Below are positions 36,078-43,564 of a DNA stretch of 46,105 nucleotides, in pieces. Positions within the stretch are counted from its first letter, which is position 1. The number at the start of each line of letters is the position of its first letter. This stretch comes from Chitinophagaceae bacterium (GTDB lineage: Bacteria; Bacteroidota; Bacteroidia; Chitinophagales; Chitinophagaceae), in assembly GCA_025359725.1 (NCBI GenBank), contig JANYEX010000075.1:1-46105 (forward strand), given 5' to 3'. The translations under genes were made by a program, and so were the position numbers. The notes beneath the pieces were generated by a model. The model was not told the origin of the DNA and did no database searches. It was given only the letters and a program-made list of their open reading frames with translations.

Positions 36078-37401
36078 AATATGGCAGCCGCTGATGTTGG
36101 TAGGATATGCGCTGATGCTGTTTATTTTTCTTTCTTTTTTCAAACTTCCCACGGGTATTTTAAATGGCCATCAAACAATAGATATTCTTGCTGATGTAAG
36201 AAGAATAAAGCCAAAACCGAAGGCGGTAATTCCCATTATTAAAGACACTTTTACTTTTTCAAAGAATTTAACCATTCCTAAAGATTCTACCCTCATCGCC
36301 GATTATGGCTTTGATACTTCCTACTCACTCAAATATTTTTATCAGAAATTGGATAGTGCCAAGCTAGCTAGAAGAAAAGTACGTATTGCTTACTTCGGCG
36401 ATTCTTTTATTGAGGGCGATGAGATTACAGATGAAATAAGATTGCAATTACAAAATCTTTTTGGGGGAAATGGCATTGGGTTCTTGCCCATGCAGTCATC
36501 GGTTGCTGCTTTATATACCCAGTTAAAAATGTCAAGTGCTGGCTGGATAGATTATAATTTTAGAGAAAATCAATACAAATTTCCTTTGGGCTTGTCAGGA
36601 CATCTGTTTTACCCCTACAGCAGTGGCGAGGTAGAACTTGTTCCGAAAACTAACCATCTGCCCACCAATTTAAAAATTTATACAGGCAAGCCTGGAAAGA
36701 GTGTAGTTGTCTACACCCGCATAAATGGGGGAAGTCAAACAGTAAATATTGCTTCTGGCAATCAGATAAACGAAACTTCTTTGGCAAAAACTTCCCCCAT
36801 AAGTTCTGCAAAGATTACTACTACCAACGAGGATATTCCTGTTTACGGGTTAAGTATGGATGGCGACAATGGCGTTTACCTAGATAATTATTCTTTTAGA
36901 GGCAATACTTGTCTGCTTACCCTGCAAGTTCCAAAGGAGGTGATGACAGGTTTCAACCACTATCTAAAATACGATTTGGTTATTATCCATTACGGCATAA
37001 ATGCTGTGGAACATGATAAATACGACTATGACTGGTTTGAGACTGGCATGAATAAACTGATAAAAAATATAAGGAATGGATTTGGAAATGTGCCGATATT
37101 GATAGTCAGTACTAGCGATATGGCGTATAAATACGACGGAAAATATAGTACCGAAAAGGGTGTTCCTTATATGGTTGACCTACAAAAAAAGATTGCGCAA
37201 TACAATAAGGTGGCGTTCTGGAACCTATACGAGTCGATGGGTGGCGAGGGAACGATAGTTAATTGGGTGGAAGGGGATTCTGTTTTGGCAAACAAGGATT
37301 ACATCCATGTAAACTCGAGGGGGGCGAAGAAGGTTGGCGATTTATTTTTCAATAAACTCATCGCTTCAAAAAATTATTACCAACAAACAAAACACCACTA
37401 A
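36055..37401 (+). CDS. Membrane-anchored SGNH/GDSL protein (PatB/AlgJ-like O-acetyltransferase or esterase)
   Basis: N-terminal TM; YFGDSFIEG, YGIN and DYIH blocks. Confidence 0.85.
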   Translation: MMNNKENKIWQPLMLVGYALMLFIFLSFFKLPTGILNGHQTIDILADVRRIKPKPKAVIPIIKDTFTFSKNLTIPKDSTLIADYGFDTSYSLKYFYQKLDSAKLARRKVRIAYFGDSFIEGDEITDEIRLQLQNLFGGNGIGFLPMQSSVAALYTQLKMSSAGWIDYNFRENQYKFPLGLSGHLFYPYSSGEVELVPKTNHLPTNLKIYTGKPGKSVVVYTRINGGSQTVNIASGNQINETSLAKTSPISSAKITTTNEDIPVYGLSMDGDNGVYLDNYSFRGNTCLLTLQVPKEVMTGFNHYLKYDLVIIHYGINAVEHDKYDYDWFETGMNKLIKNIRNGFGNVPILIVSTSDMAYKYDGKYSTEKGVPYMVDLQKKIAQYNKVAFWNLYESMGGEGTIVNWVEGDSVLANKDYIHVNSRGAKKVGDLFFNKLIASKNYYQQTKHH

Positions 37402-37410
37402 ACTAGCTAC

Positions 37411-38898
37411 ATGCAGGGAATTGATTTACATAAATTGTTGGACATCTTACTCTATCACGAGAAAGATCCGCTGCTATTTAATAGTTCGTTCTTCCTGTTT
37501 TTCTTCGGATTCTTCTTGATGGCTTACGTTGCTTGCTATCGGTTCAATGAGCTGCGCATTTATGTATTAACCCTTTTCTCGCTCTATTTCTTTTACAAAA
37601 CATGCGGTTGGTACGTTACTTTTATTTTAATTGCAGCCGTTTTCGATTATAATATTAGTAAAACCATCTATCGAAGTACCAACAAGCACATCAAGAAAAC
37701 TTTGTTGGTTTGCAGCATTCTGATAAATCTTGGACTATTAATTTATTTTAAATACACCAACTTTTTCATTGGCATAGTAAACGACGTCTCTACCCATCAG
37801 ATAAATTACCTCAAACTAATCTTGCCCGTCGGCATTTCGTTCTACACTTTCGAGAACCTCAGCTACACCGTGGATGTGTACAAGGGCGTTTTTAAACCTG
37901 TCAATAAATTTATCGACTACCTATTCTTCCTTTCTTTTTTCCCCAAGTTGATGATGGGCCCAATAGTGCGGGCGGCAGATTTTATTCCACAGATAAATAA
38001 GCACCCTTTTGTTACCGACAAACAGGTGGGCGAGGGATTATATCTAATTACCGCAGGGATAATAAAAAAGGTAATTATCAGCGATTTTATCAATGCCAAC
38101 TACGTAATAAATGTTTTCGAAACGCCATCGCTACACACTGGCATCGAATGTTTGCTGGCAGTTTATGGCTACGCAATGGTTATTTATTGCGACTTTTCGG
38201 GTTATTCGGATATTGCAATAGGTATGGCAAAATGGATGGGCTTCGAAATAAATATCAACTTCCTCTCGCCTTACCAATCGGCAACTATGACGGAATTTTG
38301 GCGGCGTTGGCACATCTCGCTATCGTCGTGGCTAAAAGATTACGTGTACATCCCTCTCGGTGGCAGCCGTGCGGGCAAAATAAATACCTACAAAAACCTC
38401 ATCATCACCATGCTGGTGGGCGGTTTTTGGCATGGCGCTAGTTGGAATTTTATCTTTTGGGGTGCCTTGCACGGCAGTGCTTTGGCAGTAGAAAAACTAC
38501 GAAACAGCTTTGGGCGCAAACACTTAATTATTTTGCCCAAATCGGTCATTGCTACAGAAGCCATTGCGGTAATTGTCACTTTTCATTTTGTCTGTCTGGG
38601 CTGGATATTTTTCCGTTGCGACACTTTTGCCGATAGCTGGATGATGCTAAAACAGATAACCACCAATTTTCAGCCTCAACTTTTAAAGCCTATAGTGCAA
38701 GCCTACTGGACCGTAATTATTATGTTATTAATTGGTTTCGGATTGCATGGAATCAGTAATAAAAAAGAAAATAGGTTTAAGGAAATGCTTATCAAAATTC
38801 CATTACCCCTAAAAATTCTTTACTTTTTCCTCTGCCTTTACCTTGCCATCCAGTTTAAACAATCGGATGTTATCAAACCCATCTATCTTCAGTTTTAG
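37411..38898 (+). CDS. MBOAT O-acyltransferase (AlgI/PatA/DltB type)
   Basis: LPVGISFYTF, GPIVRA, DFSGYSDIA, FWRRWHISLSSWLKDYVYIPLGG, GFWHGA. Confidence 0.94.
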   Translation: MQGIDLHKLLDILLYHEKDPLLFNSSFFLFFFGFFLMAYVACYRFNELRIYVLTLFSLYFFYKTCGWYVTFILIAAVFDYNISKTIYRSTNKHIKKTLLVCSILINLGLLIYFKYTNFFIGIVNDVSTHQINYLKLILPVGISFYTFENLSYTVDVYKGVFKPVNKFIDYLFFLSFFPKLMMGPIVRAADFIPQINKHPFVTDKQVGEGLYLITAGIIKKVIISDFINANYVINVFETPSLHTGIECLLAVYGYAMVIYCDFSGYSDIAIGMAKWMGFEININFLSPYQSATMTEFWRRWHISLSSWLKDYVYIPLGGSRAGKINTYKNLIITMLVGGFWHGASWNFIFWGALHGSALAVEKLRNSFGRKHLIILPKSVIATEAIAVIVTFHFVCLGWIFFRCDTFADSWMMLKQITTNFQPQLLKPIVQAYWTVIIMLLIGFGLHGISNKKENRFKEMLIKIPLPLKILYFFLCLYLAIQFKQSDVIKPIYLQF

Positions 38899-38959
38899 GG
38901 TTGGGGAGGAACAGTTATTTCAATCAGAAATACCTTCCTTAGGTTCACTTTAAGCGTCC

Positions 38960-39142
38960 TTGGAATGAATAAAATAACCCTTGACATGAGTTCAAGCACC
39001 CTTGAAGTCAGTTCAATGACCATTTACATGAATAAAATCCCCCTCGAACTCAATTCAAAGACCCTTGACATGAGTTCAAGCGCCCTCGAAGTCAGTTCAA
39101 TGACCATTGATATGAATAAAATCCCCCTTGAACTCAGTTCAA
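38960..39142. repeat. Nine 21-bp units with a TTGAACTNAGTTCAA-like dyad and an 84-bp higher-order repeat
   Basis: Cores at 38960, 38981, 39002, 39023, 39044, 39065, 39086, 39107 and 39128. Confidence 0.9.
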
Positions 39143-39206
39143 TGAAGGAAATTATCCCCCATTAGCCTTTAGCAATTATCTTTATTTTTCTTTTCAAGCT
39201 TTATTT

Positions 39207-40946
39207 ATGATTAAGAAAGTTATTGTAGTCTGTTTTTTAATTTTTATTGCCAGTGAATCTTCTTTTTCCCAACAGTTTTATCAGCATTCTCATGCGGCAA
39301 AACGTTGGATAAGAAAACAGTTTAAAAATCTTTCTGACGATGAAAAAATTGCGCAGCTAATGGTTATCAGGGCGCATAGCAACCTCGGGGCAGACCATGT
39401 TCAGCAGGTTACCGACCTTATTAAGAAATATAATGTGGGTGCACTTTGTTTTTTTCAGGGCGGTCCAGTGCGGCAGGCGGTACTTACAAATTACTATCAG
39501 AGTATTGCCAAAACACCCTTAATGATTTGTCAGGATGCAGAATGGGGACTAGGAATGCGGCTGGATAGTGTGGTTAATTTTCCGCATCAACTGATGATGG
39601 GTGCTACAAAAGACCCTGCTTTAATTTATAAATTTGGAACTGCTGTAGGTAAACAATGCAAGAGAATTGGGGTAAATGTAAATTACGCGCCCGTGGTTGA
39701 TGTGAATAATAACCCTGAAAACCCAGTGATTAACGATAGAAGTTTTGGAGAAGATAAATACAGGGTGGCTGAGTTTGGCGTGCAATACATGAAGGGGATG
39801 CAGGCGGAAAACGTGATGGCTTGTGCCAAACATTTCCCTGGGCATGGCGATGTTTCTGTGGATAGTCACCTCGATTTACCCATTATCAACAAGAGTAAAA
39901 GGGCTTTGGATTCATTGGAATTATATCCCTTTCGGGCAATGATAAAAGCGGGTGTGGGCAGCGTAATGATGGCACATTTATATATTCCTGCCATAGATTC
40001 TACTATCAATTTGGCTACCTCATTATCGCCAAAAGCTGTGGATGGTTTGCTGCGCAAAGAACTAGGTTATCAAGGAATTGTAATAACTGATGGGCTAGAA
40101 ATGAAAGGTATTAGTAAATTTTTCCCTGATGGGGAAGCGTCCATGCAAGCATTGGTTGCGGGGAACGATATGCTTTGTTTGCCCAGCGATATTGAGGGGG
40201 CGATTAACAAAACCAAACAGGCTATTGCCAGCCATAAACTGAGCTGGAAGAAGATAAACAAAAGTGTAAAAAAGGGTTTACTAACGAAGTATAATATGGG
40301 ACTGAACAACTTTCAGCCGATAAATACCGCCCATATTGTTGCCGATTTGAATGCGGAAACCATTGCCATTAAAACTGAAATTGCCCGCAACGCCATTACT
40401 TTATTGAATAATACTGGCAAAGTGCTGCCTATCTACCCCGACCATAAGATTGCTTATCTGGCAATTGGGATTAATAAGGAAAATGCTTTGTCAGTCAGAC
40501 TAAAAAGCGACTTGGGCAGCGAGACTTATTTCTTTTCGGACAATGCAAAGGAGGTTCATATAAAGGAAACCATAGAGCCACAAACGGGCTTGAAGAAAAT
40601 AGATACCATTGGCGATATGGAAAGTGCCAAGCAGTTGATTACATTATTGAAACATAAAAACTACGAAACTATTATTGTAGGTGTTCATAATTATAGCCGT
40701 CGCCCTGCCAATAATTATGGGTTGAGTAAGGCAGTTATTTATTTATTGAATCAATTGCAGCAACAGCCCAACACGGTTTCTTTATTTTTTGGTAATCCTT
40801 ATGCCATGAAGGTTTCTTGTAATGCCCCCAACCTTGTTGCTTGCTATGAAGACGATGACATTATTCACCAAGCCGCCGCAGATATTTTGGAAGGAAAGGC
40901 AAAAGCTGTAGGTACACTGCCCGTAACTGTGTGTGATAAGAAATAA
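39207..40946 (+). CDS. Glycoside hydrolase family 3, NagZ-type beta-N-acetylhexosaminidase
   Basis: Signal peptide; DAEWG, APVVDVN, RSFGE, KHFPGHGDVSVDSH, VMMAH, ITDGLEM. Confidence 0.92.
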   Translation: MIKKVIVVCFLIFIASESSFSQQFYQHSHAAKRWIRKQFKNLSDDEKIAQLMVIRAHSNLGADHVQQVTDLIKKYNVGALCFFQGGPVRQAVLTNYYQSIAKTPLMICQDAEWGLGMRLDSVVNFPHQLMMGATKDPALIYKFGTAVGKQCKRIGVNVNYAPVVDVNNNPENPVINDRSFGEDKYRVAEFGVQYMKGMQAENVMACAKHFPGHGDVSVDSHLDLPIINKSKRALDSLELYPFRAMIKAGVGSVMMAHLYIPAIDSTINLATSLSPKAVDGLLRKELGYQGIVITDGLEMKGISKFFPDGEASMQALVAGNDMLCLPSDIEGAINKTKQAIASHKLSWKKINKSVKKGLLTKYNMGLNNFQPINTAHIVADLNAETIAIKTEIARNAITLLNNTGKVLPIYPDHKIAYLAIGINKENALSVRLKSDLGSETYFFSDNAKEVHIKETIEPQTGLKKIDTIGDMESAKQLITLLKHKNYETIIVGVHNYSRRPANNYGLSKAVIYLLNQLQQQPNTVSLFFGNPYAMKVSCNAPNLVACYEDDDIIHQAAADILEGKAKAVGTLPVTVCDKK

Positions 40947-41077
40947 AAGGAGTGGAAGGGAATAGGCAAGGGGGGATAGGCAATAAGGAGAGTGGTAACA
41001 GGTAAAGGAAAGAGGAGAAAATACATTGACTCAATTCTGATAAGACTACTTCCCTCTTTTCCTACTTCCCTATTGCC

Positions 41078-41752
41078 TTATTCCAAAATATCGGGTCTTC
41101 TTTCTTTGGTGCGTGCCAGGCTTTGCTCATTGCGCCAGTCCTCAATTTTTACCGGGTGTCCTGTTAGTAAAATATCAGGCACTTTCAAACCTTTAAACTC
41201 TGCGGGGCGGGTATAAACGGGCGGAGCGAGTAGGTTATCCTGAAAACTATCCAACAGCGCAGAGGTTTCATCATTCAAAACTCCAGGAATCAATCTGCCA
41301 ATAGAATCTACCACCACGGCAGCAGCAAGCTCGCCGCCACTCAAAACATAATCTCCAATAGAAATTTCTTTGGTCACATACAAATCCCTAATGCGCTGGT
41401 CGATGCCCTTATAATGCCCACAGATAATGAGCAAGTTTTCTTTCATAGAAAGATAGTTGGCAGAATGTTGATTAAAAGTTTCGCCATCGGGGGACATATA
41501 AATAATGTCGTCGTAAGTGGTTGTTTTTTGCAGGTGTTCTATTGCGTTAGCTAAAGGTTCGCACATCATCACCATACCCGCACCACCGCCATATTGGTAA
41601 TCGTCCACCTGCCCGTGCTTATTAATAGCCCACTCCCTTAGGTTGTGGCAACGCACAGTAAGCAGCCCTTTTTCCTGCGCTCTTTTCATAATACTATGAC
41701 TAAAAGGACTATCCAATAATTCGGGGGCAACGGTGATAATATCTATTTGCAT
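41078..41752 (-). CDS. trmD: tRNA (guanosine37-N1)-methyltransferase
   Basis: [39 protein letters not shown]. Confidence 0.97.
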   Translation of the reverse strand: MQIDIITVAPELLDSPFSHSIMKRAQEKGLLTVRCHNLREWAINKHGQVDDYQYGGGAGMVMMCEPLANAIEHLQKTTTYDDIIYMSPDGETFNQHSANYLSMKENLLIICGHYKGIDQRIRDLYVTKEISIGDYVLSGGELAAAVVVDSIGRLIPGVLNDETSALLDSFQDNLLAPPVYTRPAEFKGLKVPDILLTGHPVKIEDWRNEQSLARTKERRPDILE

Positions 41753-41766
41753 TGTGTGGGATTAAT

Positions 41767-42205
41767 TTAATTAATTGCTTTGATTAGAGTAATCGCTTGA
41801 GTCATTCTGTGAGAAATATTCCTGCCACTTTTATTTGCCGGAATCCAATTGGGAGATTTAAGCATAAGCCTGATAATTTCTTTCACAAACAAAGGGTCTA
41901 TCTCTCTAGCATTTGTAACTTCAATTTACAGATACTTTGCCGATTGTATCAACGATAAATGAAAATTTTGCTGTTTGTTTTGAATTATTTTTTGGGAAAT
42001 TATTTGCTATCGAATTATTCAAATTTCTCATTAAAAACCTTTGCCATCCAAGTTTTCCTCCTGGAAATTCTGGCTTAACAATTTCATCAGTGTCTGATTG
42101 GCTAATGTCAGATTGTTTAATAATCGAATCCTTGCTTTGTGCTTTCAAACCACCTCCCACAATCAAAACAGCCATTATCATCAAAACAATCTTTATCACT
42201 TTCAT
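41767..42205 (-). pseudogene. Frameshifted energy transducer TonB C-terminal domain protein
   Basis: Signal peptide, PEFPGG, FIVDTIGKVS, then TGA. After one extra base near 41924-41927 the frame continues IEVTNAREIDPLFVKEIIRLMLKSPNWIPANKSGRNI...* to the stop at 41767. Confidence 0.8.
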
Positions 42206-42279
42206 ATTTTTTAGGTTGATTAATGCCTACAAAGTAGCGGTTGTTATTGATTAATTGAATGCTGAAGCTACTTTTTCTT

Positions 42280-42344
42280 TGTCCCATATATATTTTGGGA
42301 TGTCCCGTAGTCTCTGCGGTATGTCCCGCAGCGCTAGCGGGACA
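42280..42344. repeat. Three 21-bp units TGTCCC...GGGA
   Basis: TGTCCC at 42280, 42301 and 42322; the last unit closes as a TGTCCCGC...GCGGGACA hairpin. Confidence 0.75.
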
Positions 42345-42388
42345 GTTCGTAAACGTAAAATTGCCCTTTTTCAACCCTTACAAAAACA

Positions 42389-42423
42389 CCACTAACCACT
42401 AATCCCTAACCACTAATAACTAC
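42389..42423. repeat. Heptamer repeat CCACTAA overlapping the hslR stop codon
   Basis: CCACTAA CCACTAA TCCCTAA CCACTAA TAACTAC. Confidence 0.75.
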
Positions 42424-42803
42424 TCCATAAACCCATCCAAATCTCTTCTGTCTCTTTTTGTTGGTCTGCCCACCTTGCTCAAACGCTTGCCTGTATGGAA
42501 AGATGCTGGTTGAAATTTAGTAATATCCAACTCCTCGGCCGGGGTAAGGTCCAGATAAAAATTAAGGGATTCTGTGTATGCCACCCTGCTATGTACCAAC
42601 CCAATTACTTTTATAATCCATTTTTTAGCCTCTGTTTTCACCTCATATTCATCCCCCGCATTCACCGTTTTAGAAGCTTTTACAGCACTGCCCTGCAATT
42701 TTACTTTACCCTTATCGCAAGCATCCGAAGCCAGACTTCTTGTTTTAAATAGTCTGATAGACCATAAATATTTATCTATCCGTAGCTTTTCCTTCTCTGC
42801 CAT
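42420..42803 (-). CDS. hslR: S4-domain RNA-binding protein, heat shock protein 15
   Basis: LRIDKYLWSIRLFKTRSLA; C-terminal GRPTKRDRR. Confidence 0.93.
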   Translation of the reverse strand: MAEKEKLRIDKYLWSIRLFKTRSLASDACDKGKVKLQGSAVKASKTVNAGDEYEVKTEAKKWIIKVIGLVHSRVAYTESLNFYLDLTPAEELDITKFQPASFHTGKRLSKVGRPTKRDRRDLDGFME

Positions 42804-42853
42804 TAGTTATTATTAACGTTGATTTGAATGATTTAATGTTGTTCTTTTACTCG

Positions 42854-42925
42854 CGATTCTCGTTTCCCGACTTCCGATTCCTTCATTTTCCTTACGCCTT
42901 ACGACTCGCCACTCCCGACTCTACC
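42854..42925. repeat. Two degenerate heptamer arrays
   Basis: CGATTCT CGTTTCC CGACTTC CGATTCC; CTTACGC CTTACGA CTCGCCA CTCCCGA. Confidence 0.7.
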
Positions 42926-43381
42926 TTACACATCAAACACCAAGTTACCCTTGCTCTTAATTTGATCGGGCGTTATCTCCGCCACCAACTGCACCCCTGC
43001 AATAGCTTTTACGCCTTGTTTTATAAAGTTTACATGGTCTTCTTCAATAACAGAATCTCCCCTTATAAGCCACAGATAATCCATGTGTTTCAACTCGGGC
43101 AATAAATATTCGCCATCATATTGGGTATTGTAAATAATGTGTTCGAGAAAAGCATTGGTAGGTTCGTAGGATTGATAAATGGAAAAGAAATATTTTCTAT
43201 TTTTCTTTTGAATAGGAATTTCTTTTTCGCTACACAATTTAAAATCAAGATTCAACAGGGTATTTATCCGCCAGCAAAACAAGTGTTTTTTGATGGGGGC
43301 AGTAATCCCCAACAGACGAGTACCATGAAGAAAATCCTCGTTTAGCCCATCCACATTTAGTATGTTATTTTTTACTGACAA
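42926..43381 (-). CDS. IPExxxVDY-family-like Bacteroidota protein
   Basis: LLPELKHMDYLW motif; C-terminal IKSKGNLVF. TTG at 43381 preferred because the ORF-track extension reads through an inverted repeat. Confidence 0.78.
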   Translation of the reverse strand: MSVKNNILNVDGLNEDFLHGTRLLGITAPIKKHLFCWRINTLLNLDFKLCSEKEIPIQKKNRKYFFSIYQSYEPTNAFLEHIIYNTQYDGEYLLPELKHMDYLWLIRGDSVIEEDHVNFIKQGVKAIAGVQLVAEITPDQIKSKGNLVFDV

Positions 43382-43411
43382 GGTATTATTTTTAATAAAA
43401 GTATGCTTTTT

Positions 43412-43559
43412 ACCACATAGACACAGTAGGCACATAGAAAACAAGCGAAGAAGCGTTTCACTTTAAGGTCATATAGACTCAAGCTTAACAGGCTTTATAT
43501 TTTATGTTTTCTTCTCTTTACTACTATCAAATACTATGTGCCTACTGTGTCTGTGTGGT
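43412..43559. repeat. 26-bp inverted repeat (CCACAGACACAG type) downstream of the helicase
   Basis: ACCACATAGACACAGTAGGCACATAG (43412-43437) vs 43534-43559, one mismatch, 96-bp spacer. Confidence 0.9.
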
Positions 43560-43564
43560 GAAAA

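Noticed and set aside
38965-39165. 66-aa heptad-repeat ORF
   Set aside because: It coincides exactly with the palindromic 21-bp array, where open frames arise trivially.
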